From Eledone cirrhosa (lineage: Eukaryota): a stretch of 64,000 bases of DNA. The position numbers and the translations under genes were made by a program. The DNA is taken from positions 24,676,001 through 24,740,000 of the forward strand of contig OZ024745.1 of assembly GCA_964016885.1 (NCBI GenBank), in the 5' to 3' direction. Below the pieces are notes generated by a model. That model ran no database searches and had not been told where the DNA came from. It worked only from the letters and a program-made list of their open reading frames with translations. Below are positions 14,310-30,525 of this stretch, piece by piece (within the stretch, counting starts at the first letter, position 1; each line of letters begins with the position of its first letter).

Positions 14310-17250
14310 CACTACTACCACCAATACCACCACTACTACCACCAATACCACCACTACTACCACCAATACCACCACTACTACCATCAATACCACTACTACT
14401 ACACCACTACTACTAATACTACCACAACTACTACTAATACTACCACCAATACCACCACTACTACCACCAATACCACCACTACTACCACCAATACCACCAC
14501 TACTACCACCAATACCACCACTACTACCACCAATACCACCTCTACTACCACCAATACCACCACTACTACCACCAATACCACCACTACTACCACCAATACC
14601 ACCACTACTACCACCAATACCACCACTACTACCACCAATACCACCACTACTACCACCAATACCACCACTACTACCACCAATACCACTACTACTACCACCA
14701 ATAACACCACTACTACCACCAATACCACCACTACTACCACCAATACCACCACTACTACCACCAATACCACCACTACTACCACTAATACCACCACTACTAC
14801 CACCAATACCACCACTACTACCACCAATACCACCACTACTACCACCAATACCACCACTACTACCACCAATAACACCACTACTACCACCAATACCACCACT
14901 ACTACCACCAATACCACCACTACTACCACCAATACCACTACTACTACCACCAATAACACCACTACTACCACCAATACCACCACTACTACCACCAATACCA
15001 CCACTACTACCACCAATACCACCACTACTACCACCAATACCACCACTACTACCACTAATACCACCACTACTACCACCAATACCACCACTACTACCACCAA
15101 TACCACCACTACTACCACTAATACCACCACTACTACCACTAATACCACCACTACTACCACCAATACCACCACTACTACCACCAATACCACCACTACTACC
15201 ACCAATACCACCACTACTACCACCAATAACACCACTACTACCACCAATACCACCACTACTACCACCAATACCACCACTACTACCACCAATACCACTACTA
15301 TTACCACCAATACCACCACTACTACCACCAATACCACCACTACTACCACCAATACCACCACTACTACCACCAATACCACCACTACTACCACCAATACCAC
15401 CACTACTACCACTAATACCACCACTACTACCACCAATACCACCACTACTACCACCAATACCACCACTACTACCACTAATACCACCACTACTACCACCAAT
15501 ACCACCACTACTACCACCAATACCACCACTACTACCACCAATACCACCACTACTACCACCAATACCACCACTACTGCCACCAATACCACCACTACTACCA
15601 CCAATACCACCACTACTGCCACCAATACCACCACTACTACCACCAATACCACCACTACTACCACCAATACCACCACTACTACCACCAATACCACCACTAC
15701 TACCACCAATACCACCACTACTACCACCAATACCACCACTACTACCACCAATACCACCACTACTACCACCAATACCACCACTACTACCACCAATACCACC
15801 ACTACTACCACTAATACCACCACTACTACCACCAATACCACCACTACTACCACCAATACCACCACTACTACCACCAATACCACCACTACTACCACCAATA
15901 CCACCACTACTGCCACCAATACCACCACTACTACCACCAATACCACTACTACTACCACCAATAACACCACTACTACCACCAATACCACCACTACTACCAC
16001 CAATACCACCACTACTACCACCAATACCACCACTACTACCACCAATACCACCACTACTACCACCAATACCACTACTACTACCACCAATAACACCACTACT
16101 ACCACCAATACCACCACTACTACCACCAATAACACCACTACTACCACCAATACCACCACTACTACCACCAATACCACCACTACTACCACCAATACCACCA
16201 CTACTACCACCAATACCACCACTACTACCACCAATACCACTACTACTACCACCAATAACACCACTACTACCACCAATACCACCACTACTACCACCAATAC
16301 CACCACTACTACCACCAATACCACCACTACTACCACCAATACCACCACTACTACCACCAATACCACCACTACTACCACCAATACCACCACTACTACCACC
16401 AATACCACCACTACTACCACCAATACCACTACTACTACCACCAATACCACCACTACTACCACCAATACCACCACTACTACCACCAATACCACCACTACTA
16501 CCACCAATACCACTACTACTACCACCAATACCACCACTACTACCACCAATACCACCACTACTACCACCAATACCACCACTACTACCACCAATACCACCAC
16601 TACTACCACCAATACCACCACTACTACCACCAATAACACCACTACTACCACCAATACCACCACTACTACCACCAATAACACCACTACTACCACCAATACC
16701 ACCACTACTACCACCAATACCACCACTACTACCACCAATACCACCACTACTACCACCAATACCACCACTACTACCACTAATACCACCACTACTACCACCA
16801 ATACCACCACTACTACCACCAATACCACTACTACTACCACCAATACCACCACTACTACCACTAATACCACCACTACTACCACCAATACCACCACTACTAC
16901 CACCAATACCACCACTACTACCACCAATACCACCACTACTACCACCAATACCACCACTACTACCACTAATACCACCACTACTACCACCAATACCACCACT
17001 ACTACCACCAATACCACCACTACTACCACCAATACCACCACTACTACCACCAATAACACCACTACTACCACCAATACCACCACTACTACCACCAATACCA
17101 CCACTACTACCACCAATACCACCACTACTACCACCAATACCACTACTACTACCACCAATACCACCACTACTACCACCAATACCACCACTACTACCACCAA
17201 TACCACCACTACTACCACCAATACCACCACTACCACCACTACTACTAATA
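14310..17250. repeat. 18-bp minisatellite (ACCAATACCACCACTACT)n
   Basis: Direct reading; very homogeneous array. Confidence 0.95.
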
Positions 17251-17340
17251 CTACTATCACTAACGCTATTTCATCTTCCATGCATTCCATTTGTTTGTTT
17301 ATCTTCAGCAAATCTTTTAGGCTAAGATGAATTCCAATTG

Positions 17341-18200
17341 AAGCCGTCACCACCGTCACCACCACTACCGCCACCATGCCCACCACCACCATTACCATGC
17401 CTACGACCACCACCGCCGCTACCATCACCACCACCATCATGCCCACGACTACCACCGCCGCTACCACCACTACCATCACCACCAAGCCATCCACCACCAC
17501 CACCACCGCCACCACGCCCACCACCACCGTCACCACCACCATCACCACCACCACCACCACCGCCACCATGCCCACCACCACCGCCGCTACCATCACCACC
17601 ACTACCACCACCACCATGCCATCCACCACCACCACCAACGCCGCCATGCCCACGACCACCACTGCCGCTACCACCACTACCATCACCACCATGCCACCAT
17701 GCCCACCACCACCACCGCCGCTACCATCACCACCACCACCATGCCATCCACCACCACCACCACCGCCACCATGCCCACCACCACCGCCGCTACCATCACC
17801 ACCACTACCACCACCACCATGCCATCCACCACCACCACCAACGCCGCCATGCCCACGACCACCACTGCCGCTACCACCACTACCATCACCACCATGCCAC
17901 CATGCTCACCACCACCACCGCCGCTACCATCACCACCACCACCATGCCATCCACCACCACCACCACCGCCACCATGCCCACCACCACCACCGCCGCTACC
18001 ACCACCACCACTACCATCACCACCATGCCATCCACCACCACCACCACCACCACCACCGCTACCATCACCACCACCACCACCACCACTACCACCACCATCA
18101 TGCCTACCACCACCACTACCGCTACCATCACCATCACCACCACTACCACCACCATCATGCCCACCACCATCACCACCACCATCACCATGCCCATCACCAC
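17341..18200. repeat. CAC-based compound repeat with higher-order duplicated blocks
   Basis: ACCAACGCCGCCATGCCCACGACCACCACTGCCGC recurs at ~17630 and ~17835. Confidence 0.85.
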
Positions 18201-18508
18201 CAGCGGCGCCGCTGCCGCCATCATACGTCACCATCACCCAATACTACAACCGACACCCCTCCCCCCAACACCCAAATCATTTCTCAAGCTCCAACCTCAT
18301 ATCTCATCCCCCCACCCTCACTCCGCCTCTTTTCACGCCTGTTATTTCCCTCCTCACCCTTCTCCTCAATTTCCCCATCCATCCACCTTCACCACCACCA
18401 TCTTGTCATTCATACACACTCTCTTTCCCTCTGCCTCTGTCTGGCTTTCACTTACTCTCTTCCCCTCTCTTTCCCGCTCTCTCTCTTTCTCACACTTACT
18501 CTCAAACC

Positions 18509-18568
<60 letters not shown>

Positions 18569-19199
18569 GTCTGTCTTTCACCTACTCTCACCCCCTCTCT
18601 TTCCCACTCTCTCTCACACTTACTCTTTCCCGCCCACTCCCTCTCTCCCACTCCCTGTCTCACGCTCTCTCCCTCTCTCTCTCTCACCCTCTCTCTCCTT
18701 CTTCCCCCTCACCCCATCTCTCTCCCTCTCTCTCTGTCTCCCTCCTCTCCCCTCTATAACCTCCACCGCCATCTTCCAATATTACTTTTTATCTTTTACC
18801 TTATCTGTTTGCTGATTTATATTAATGCTTTACTTTTCTTTTCTTTATTTTTTTTGTTTATTATTTGACGATTTTGATGTTGTTGTTGTTGTTGTTGTTA
18901 TTTTGTTGTTGTTGTTATTATTATTTTGATGTTATTGTTATTTTGATGTTATGGTTGTTATTATTTTGTTGTTATTGTTATTATTATTTTTATGTTATTG
19001 TTGTTATTATTTTGATGTTGTTGTTGTTATTATGTTGATGCTGTTATTTATTTTGATGTTGTTGTTGTTATTATTTTGATGTTATTTCGTTTTTGTTGGT
19101 GCTATTGTGGTTTTTGTTATCTGTTTTTCTAGATTTAAAATTTTCAATTTTTTTAAAAATGTTTGTAGGCTTTGTTTACTTTTTAGAATATATTTATCT

Positions 19200-22254
<3,055 letters not shown>

Positions 22255-22326
22255 AAAAAGAGATGAAATCGAAAATGCAACTGAAGTCTTATTTTTTTTT
22301 TTTTAAATATATATATTTATTTGGTT

Positions 22327-22364
22327 CCTTTACCGGTTTCGCAGTTCTTCTGCTTTTCAAAAGG
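22327..22364 (-). ncRNA. minimal type I hammerhead with U3:A8 core
   Basis: Minus strand reads CCTT TTGAAAA GCAG-AAGAA-CTGC GAAA CCGG TA AAGG. Confidence 0.7.
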
Positions 22365-22568
22365 TGAGTTGAGATGGAGGGTCTGTGGTTTTTCTCACAT
22401 CTGGTTGGTCTCTAAATGTTACTTGTTTTATATGGAAAAAGTGGCTCGAAAGCCAGGTTTTTCGAGAAGTAATTTGATTGGTTTGTCAATAATTATAATA
22501 AATTTCGCGCCAGTTCGAGTTACAATAGTTCTTCAAATAAGAGAGGGGGGGTGTCAACTAAGGTTGGG

Positions 22569-22730
22569 TTGTCACTAAGTGCACATCTAGACATTTGCGC
22601 AAGTAATAAGACACCCAAATTCCAAGTCTTCCCATTTTACCTTTGCGCTAACAATACAACAGAACAAATGCGAATAAATAAGGAAAATATGTTTATTCAA
22701 AAATATAGACCAACATTAAATAAGGTTTAA
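22569..22730 (+). pseudogene. C-terminus of a PLE GIY-YIG endonuclease (not in the ORF track)
   Basis: Manual translation LSLSAHLDICASNKTPKFQVFPFYLCANNTTEQMRINKENMFIQKYRPTLNKV* aligns with IPLSEHIDTCAAQNHPNFRIFPLY...RISKESYFINKYGPRLN of ORF 38518-39057. Confidence 0.85.
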
Positions 22731-23754
22731 TATACATTATGTCAACACCACAATATGACATACACACACACACATAACACCTTCTACTTTAGAAAATAAA
22801 AACCCGAACTAAATAAACCTTAACATACGTTTGCACTGGCAATACAACAGCAAACACGAAAAAGTCAGGAAAATATGTTCATTCAAAAATATTCCTACTA
22901 AAGGAATCACTTTCCTACACACACACATACACACACACACACACAATATATATATATATATATATATATATTCTCTTCATCTTAACATGCTAACCATACT
23001 CCCACACACATAACAAACCCCACACCTACAACTCCCTCCCCATTTCTACTAATAGAACCACTTTCCTACACACATATATATATACACACACACAAAATAT
23101 ATATTCTCTCCATCTTAACATACTCGCACACACACACATAACACCCATATACACACACACACAACTCCCTCCCCCATCTCTACTAATAGAATCATCTTCC
23201 AATACACACATACACACACACACACATATACACACACACAAGCACACAAATAAACACATATCTTCAGTCTCAATAGAAAATCTGAACTCTGACACCTGAA
23301 CTCTGACAGCTGGCCATATTCACTGAACCAGAACATTTCTCCCAATCCCTTTTCCCTTGACCACTATCTCTCCATTGTCATAACATTCACTATAAAGACT
23401 ACAGAATAGTTTTCCAAATAAGGGCGCAAAAATGTAATGAAAACTTGTTCACATGACAGCCAAATTTCATTTATAACCAACCAAAAAAAAGCCTTCGTGA
23501 GCCTCCTTTTTTCAAGTAAAAAGAAATTCAAACACTCATATATGAAAAAACAACCTGTGACAACCCCCCCCCCCTCTCTTATTTGAAGAACTATTGTAAC
23601 GCGAACTGGCGCGAAATTTATTATAATTATTGACAAACCAATCAAATTACTTCTCGAAAAACCTGGCTTTCGAGCCACTTTTTCCATATAAAACAAGTAA
23701 CATTTAGAGACCAACCAGATGTGAGAAAAACCACAGACCCTCCATCTCAACTCA

Positions 23755-23792
23755 TCTTTTGAAAAGCAGAAGAACTGCGAAACCGGTGAAGG
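23755..23792 (+). ncRNA. same hammerhead, with cleavage triplet changed to GUG
   Basis: TCTT TTGAAAA GCAGAAGAACTGC GAAA CCGG TG AAGG, followed by AATAAA. Confidence 0.6.
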
Positions 23793-23923
23793 AACCAAAT
23801 AAATATATATATTTTTTAAAAAAATAAGACTTCAGTTGCATTTTCGATTTCATCTCTTTTTCTTTATACTTCCACTCGTGTAGGACACCTCGGTTATTTT
23901 TCATTTTGTAAAAAAAACCTCAC

Positions 23924-23990
<67 letters not shown>

Positions 23991-23992
<2 letters not shown>

Positions 23993-24198
23993 AACGAATA
24001 GGACCCCGACGGGTGAGCTCAAGCCGTTTCGACGGCTAATTCTGCACTAATATTTTAGTCCAGAATTAGCCGTCGAAACGGCTTGAGCTCACCCGTCGGG
24101 GTCCTACTCGTTCCTATTACCCACTCTACTACCCTAAGTATTGAGTACTTTGGTGCGTTATGGTCCACTTGGTTCCTTACCACATTTCCTTCGTTATA
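23991..24198 (+). mobile_element. fold-back element: ~124-bp hairpin carrying the 3' half of a hammerhead, plus tail
   Basis: 23991-24114 is a near-perfect palindrome containing GCCGTC GAAACGG CTTGAGCTCAC CCGTC; relatives at 40485-40630 and 57355-57460. Confidence 0.75.
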
Positions 24199-24547
24199 TA
24201 TATATATTAACCATATATAAAACGAAGTATATAAAAATATTAGACAAATTTGAAATTTGAACAAATGTTAACTCTAACGCAGATGAGTTAATAACTATAA
24301 ACGATATCTTAGGAGACGGAAAATGGTGGGTTCTCAATTAGTGAGCCCCTTACACACATGGTTATGCCTTTCTATTAATATTAATATTAATTTTTTAAGC
24401 CAGTCTACGTTATCGCTGAAGCTGTTAGAAAGAGCAACCAAATCCCCCAAATTGTCTTAATGGGACATTGAATAATGTAATCCTAGATATACACTTTAAA
24501 AGATGGGTGGGCATGGTCGGAATGACTAGATGTTTATTTCAATATTG

Positions 24548-24725
24548 GCTTCTAGTGTAGACACAAGTTCAGCAATTTTGGGGTGGTGAAAAGTCCAATA
24601 ATTCGACACCAGTGCATTACTGGTACTTTATTTTATCGACACCGTAAGGATAAAAAGTGAAGCTCGGCGAGATTTGAACTCAGAATATAAAGCATGCTCT
24701 TCGACGCTCTACCGATACTGCCAAT
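24548..24725 (-). mobile_element. family A SINE
   Basis: CTGGTACTTTATTTTATCGAC core and GATTTGAACTC (reverse complement of B box). Confidence 0.8.
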
Positions 24726-24774
24726 TCTCTGCTTTCATGTTCATATTAATACTGAGTTGTGTTGCGAGGACTAC

Positions 24775-24940
24775 TTCCATCTGATGATCTGGTTAAGCTA
24801 ACAGCGTATGTAAAATTGAGTGACACAGCTTCAAGTGTTCAGCAATTTTTAGACAACTTAATCAGTGAAACAATTGTTAATACTGTAAATAAAACCCTTT
24901 TTTGTACTGTTGACCATGTTATTCTTCACTCTTTCTCTCT
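24775..24940 (+). ncRNA. PLE-terminus remnant with a hammerhead (long stem II)
   Basis: CTGATGA(24781) TCTGGTTAAG...CTTAATCAGT GAAA C AATT GTT then AATAAA; stem I pairing is poor; homologous half at 54660-54737 on the minus strand has GAAAC AATT GTC. Confidence 0.6.
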
Positions 24941-24961
24941 ATATATATATATATATATATA

Positions 24962-25590
24962 TTTGAAAATCACTGACGAAGGACTATTTTTATCATATGT
25001 AACCCATGTGCAAACCACGCAGTATTCTACTTTCTTCTCGTGTTTTTTATATATATTTACCTCGGCTGCGTTTGTCTGTTTCTCTCTTACTGCTTTCCCG
25101 CTCTCTCTGTTTCTCTCACCTTCTTTCGCCCCTCTGTCAGTTACACTTTCTCTCGACTGACCTCTTCCTCACACTTCCACTCATTCACTCTCTGTTTCTC
25201 CCCTTCTCACTTCCTCCCGTTTGGCTTGTGTGGGTCTCTTCTTGCTCACATCTCACACACATCAACACGGTCTGTACCTCTCTCGCTCATGAAATCCACC
25301 CAGCTTATGCTGACCGGACAACCATGTTGCTTGTTTATTTTCCTATCTTCGGTTTGCTTTTATCCTTCTTTGTTGTTTACTTGTCCCCCTCGCCTTACGC
25401 GAATTCTGGTCCCAATAACTTATTTTAGTTATTGCTCGCACCAACCTGAGGTATCTGATTTTTAATGCGATGAAATACCAATGATGGTTGGAAAATCACT
25501 GACGAAGGACTATTTTTATCATATGTAACCCATGTGTAAACCACGCAGTATTCTACTTTCTTCTCATGTTTTTTATATATATATATATAT
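24962..25590 (+). mobile_element. ORF-less element with ~110-bp direct terminal repeats (526-bp period), pLTR/retrozyme-like
   Basis: GAAAATCACTGACGAAGGACT...CCACGCAGTATTCTACTTTC at 24965 and 25491; diverged relative at ~40110-40460. Confidence 0.7.
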
Positions 25591-25675
25591 ATATATTATA
25601 AGAACAGATTATATATATATATATATAATCCTTATCGAGCCCTCTTCGGATTTTAGCCTTCACATTTATTATTAT

Positions 25676-25730
<55 letters not shown>

Positions 25731-26699
25731 CGTTTAATTATTTATGTCCATATATATTTACCTATGTATATATGTGTACAAGTGTCATTCGGTGAATGTG
25801 AGTATGTGTGTGTGTGTGAATGTCTGTATGTGTGTGTGTTTCTCATATTATATCTGACTAATAATAATATGAATATCTAAATAATTTAATTAAGACATGA
25901 TTTCACGAGGCAAGGTGTAAGCATACACAAATCACTTCCTTAATCACGCAAGCGACTGAATATTTGGAACTATCTATGGGAATTTCTAGTGCGTGTTAAC
26001 AATTGGTCATGAGAAAGATAAGATCGCGAAAGACACTGTCGGCCCTATCATGATATATAGTCATTCTTACCATTGCATGCTTGAGGCAATTCTTACAAAC
26101 TTAATCACTGTTTGTTTCGACAATCTAAACAGCTAAAGAGCGCAAATCTCTTGGGGAAATTCTGTTCGCCAATCAGACAATTGTTGACCCGGTCGATCGT
26201 CAGCCAATCTTCAGGCCATTTATCATAGACATCTACACGCACAAGCTCAAAACAACATTGCTGGCCTTATTCTCTGTACTTTGCGTTCACGATTTAGATT
26301 CAGGAACTAGATTTACTAACAGATTTGCTGACACCCAGAAAACAATTGAGACCACCTCTATATTTTTAACGTTATGTATTAACGCTTGTATCTGTTTTTT
26401 TTTTTGTTTTTTTTTTTGTTGTTTTATTTTAGCTCTATTAACACAAACATTTCAGGCAAAAATGACCAAAAGGAGCTCCATGGTTCGTTTTAGCGCCATC
26501 ATTCTTTTCCTTGTATATATGTATCAAATGTTTATTTATCATCACGTTAGCAACGCCCATTGTCATATGTCAACCACATACAACCAAGAAAACCCACCAC
26601 CAAAATCTACATTAACTCTGAATAGACATCTCTTATACACGTTCTATTATAGTCATGTAAATCTTGCCTCGTTTCCAACAAAATGAGATGATCACTGCA

Positions 26700-27060
26700 C
26701 ACATTATTTTACCTCACACCCACTTAAACATGAACAACATGCTTCAAATGCTCGACTTCCCTATCACCGAGGTGAATGCACAACCTCAGTATCTCTCAAA
26801 TATTGCCGTCTTCTCTAGAGTCAGAAAATACTTCAAAACCCCAACAACTACAAATAATTCATAAAGTTCAGATAAGCTCCACAATAGAGTAATGTGCCAG
26901 AGCTGCTTCCACACGCAGCAATACCCTAGACCAGATTCAAAGAAAGACTACTTGGATGATTAATATGAAAACAGATTCGTCCACTCTCGTCTCAGGTCCA
27001 CGGACGTGCTGTTCCTTCTCTCAGAATTTTCCATCAGGAATACAGTAGTTTCTGCTCTTC
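26700..27060 (+). pseudogene. decayed CR1/L2-like LINE RT C-terminal fragment
   Basis: Broken translation ..KVQISSTIE*C..TLDQIQRKTTWMIN..RAVPSLRIFH resembles the YK.QVRP.LEY...L..IQRRA...RR...L..F motifs. Confidence 0.45.
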
Positions 27061-27398
27061 TGAACTGGATAAATGTGTGTCAACTCCACTTTACCACTAA
27101 CTCCTACCAGTATTGGAGGCCATAGCAAAGTTTAAGGGCATTGTGCCATACTCTTCTGACTAAGCCATAAAAAACATTGTTTCGGGTAGGGAACTAACAA
27201 CATTAATTCTTTTAAGCTCGTTAAAAATAATTACCTGTAATGTAGTCGAGTGCCTCAATATTCATTCTCTTTCCCATTAAAAGTGTGACTATAGGAAAAA
27301 AATATATGTGTGCATACACATATATATACATACGTAATTAAACAAATATGTATCACATTTATATGTACACAGAAACACACATTCCTACACAAACACAC

Positions 27399-27454
<56 letters not shown>

Positions 27455-27929
27455 ATAAAATATAAAATAAGGTGGGTGGGTTTTGTGTGTATGTGCATCT
27501 AAGTTGTGTGTTTATGTGTGTGGCGTGTCTATGTATGTCCGTTTGTGAGTGTATGTGTATGTTGTGTAAGTGTGTGTTTGTGTATATGTGTATTTAGACA
27601 CGAGAATGAGGTAAGGAGCAGACATCACTGTGTGACCAACAAATAAAAGAAGAAAAGAGACCTATTTTCTTTGTGTTTTACTTAAATATTTATGGTCCTT
27701 CATAGTTGTATTATCATTTTGATGTTAGTTATACATTAAAGAAATTTCAGAAAAATATTGAGACAGAAAATGAAAATAGTGTTAGTCCATTCTTGACAAT
27801 GTTAGTAATATGAAGTTCAAAGTCGAGGTTTTAAAGTAATAGCAAAAATTACAATATTTATTTTTCCGTAGAGAATTTCCATATCTTAGAAGTGTATAAG
27901 AATATTACATTTATGTACATAAACATAAG

Positions 27930-28180
27930 TCGGTCGATTGGTAACATCGTTAGAGAGCTTGAAAGTAGCTTGTGTTATTTCTTCCGGTTTTTTGTGTTCT
28001 GATGAGTCCAACTCCTACCGAGGTCAACTTTACCTTTCAGTAGTTGACTGATACTTTATTTTATCGATCTCATGAAGAGGAAAAGTAATGTTGATCCCGT
28101 GGTATTTGAAATCAGAACGTAAAGAGCCGGAAAAAATGAATGCATCGCTTTTGTCGGACGCTCTAATAATTCTGCCAACC
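27930..28180. mobile_element. two diverged family A SINE 5' parts in opposite orientation
   Basis: Plus-strand head up to CCGAGGTCAACTTTACCTTTC, joined to a minus-strand core and head ending AATTCTGCCAACC. Confidence 0.6.
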
Positions 28181-28471
28181 CATCACTCTCACATTGCGCA
28201 AATAAACTTTGTGACATAGCAAAAGCTAGGAGTGAGGTGTATGGGTGAAAAAAATAAATTTAATGAGAGAAGTAAGACTCAACATTACTAATAAATCAGA
28301 ACAACCTTCAGATTCTATTAAAAGAGATTACTGTGTGGTTCAGAAATATTCCTCCTTAGAAGAAGCTTGTCGGGTATCTGCATTATTCATTTCAGAAAGA
28401 ATTAAAAGCAAACTTAGTGTGTTATACTAAGTAACTTGATCGCTCAGAAGCCAATACATATGTGATTCAAA

Positions 28472-28579
28472 TAATTGTTTCTACTTTTGGCACTTTTGTG
28501 AAATCTGTGTATTACTGGTACTTTATGTTATCGACCCCGTAAGGATGAAAAGCAAAGTAAACCTCGGCGGGATTTGAAA

Positions 28580-28580
<1 letters not shown>
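28472..28580 (-). mobile_element. family A SINE, truncated
   Basis: Core TCGACCCCGTAAGGATGAAA...CCTCGGCGGGATTTGAA. Confidence 0.8.
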
Positions 28581-28897
<317 letters not shown>

Positions 28898-29124
28898 CAT
28901 TCATTTAATTTATTGATGTATTGATATTTTATTTGAGTGACCCGAATCTTCCTGGTCGTTCTTTTTCGGCTGTACGGGTGATTTTAGGCATAATCTCTAT
29001 GTGTTGGTAATTTAACGATGGTTATAGCTCTGATTTATCCAAATTATTGAGCCCTCTGCCACACATATCGGATATTGTTTATCGTTAATTCGTGAGCTGT
29101 TTTTCCGATTCTCGATTATTCTAC

Positions 29125-29158
<34 letters not shown>

Positions 29159-29308
29159 ATAAGAAGTTGACGGACCCAGCATATTTATCAATGCCAGGAC
29201 CGGTTGTATCTCAGCGTACTCCATGGGCAATGTAAGATACATTCTCAGAGTATACACATAGTTATTCGCTTCAATACAACACACGTAAAACGGGTGCCTA
29301 TAATAGTT

Positions 29309-29399
29309 CCCGGACTCGAGTTTCGGCCGCACTAATGCACCATCCGTCTGCATATATTATGCAACAATGCACAATCGGTTATGCGGCTTCATCAGTGGG
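29309..29399 (-). ncRNA. type I hammerhead with canonical core
   Basis: CCC A CTGATGA A GCCGCA...TGCGGC C GAAA C TCGA GTC C GGG; palindromic TCGA loop and GUC site. Confidence 0.8.
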
Positions 29400-29419
29400 T
29401 ATCGCCTAACCCATAACCA

Positions 29420-29452
<33 letters not shown>

Positions 29453-29454
29453 AG

Positions 29455-29668
29455 AAGGTATTCAGCTCTCAATCGTAAGGTTCGATTTCCGGCGGCGCGT
29501 TGTGTCCTTGAACAAGACACTTTATTTCACATTGCTCCAGTTCACTCAGGTTATACCTCTAATTCAAAGGTGCCAGCCTTATCACATTCTGTACCACGCT
29601 GAATCTTGCTCGTTAATTTCATGAGCAGATCAATTTGAACAGTCGTCGTCGTAACCGACGGAGTGCCA
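29455..29668 (+). mobile_element. tRNA-derived SINE, family B
   Basis: GGTTCGATTTCC B box followed by GTGTCCTTGAACAAGACACTTTA domain; relative at 34.1-34.3 kb. Confidence 0.7.
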
Positions 29669-29894
29669 CACACACACATTTATAAATACATATATACACA
29701 TATATTTATGTGTATATATGAATTTATAAATACATATATACATGCTTATATACACGGCAGGCACATGACTCCACATACAGACACACGCGCACATACTCAT
29801 ACACACTAACACAGACACATACACACACACACACGTATATATATATATATACAATATTAAATAAATGGAAACTATATTTATAAAACCATATTTA

Positions 29895-29956
29895 TTTCAT
29901 TATATATATTTCAGGGATATCATATTAACAATATGCTATGCCTTCCTCAGACAAAA
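29895..29956 (-). ncRNA. hammerhead in the inverted arm, intact core
   Basis: TTTTGT CTGAGGA AGG...CCT GAAA TATATA TA ATGAAA. Confidence 0.75.
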
Positions 29957-30525
29957 TACAATATAAACAGTTTTATAGATAAATAGATTCGACATACCGT
30001 AACAACATCGACTTGTATTTGAAAAGGTTGATTTGGCAGTGAAAAAATTGTACACAGAGAGAAAGAAAGAGAGAAAAAAAGGAAAGAAAGACAGAAAACG
30101 AAGAAAAAGAAGAAAAAGAAGAAATGCATGGAACAAAATAGAGAGATGGAAAGATAGATAAAGAGAAGAACTTCATGTAAAGAAACAGAGAGAGATATAT
30201 ATATATATAGAGAGAGAGGAAATAGAGATAGATACATATATATAGAAAACTAGGTAGTGGGACGTCTGTTGGGTAAACGTATCAATGATACATTTATTTA
30301 TTTATTTATTTATTTAGCTCTAGTATTAATGTAAGGGAGATATATGAAGAGAAACCAGCTGTTATATAGAGAGAGAAAAAAATATATAGAGAGAAAAAAT
30401 ATAGAGAGAGAAAAAATTTAAAAATAACCAGACATAGGCGAGGCGTAGAAAACCCTATGTTTTAATGTAGAGGTATTAGTATTTATAAAAACCAGCCACT
30501 ATATTGTAAATATCAGTATTCCTGA

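Noticed and set aside
14399-17692. 1097-aa poly-Val/Leu ORF
   Set aside because: Artefact of the 18-bp satellite
25441-25491. CCAACC-TGA-GGTAT...ATACC-AATGAT-GGTTGG hairpin as SECIS, K-turn or second HHR
   Set aside because: The core would be CTGAGGT, and the GA motifs are not conserved in the 40.38 kb relative
27995-28025. CTGATGAGTCC hammerhead-like start
   Set aside because: Lies in a diverged SINE B-box region with no stem II partner or GAAA
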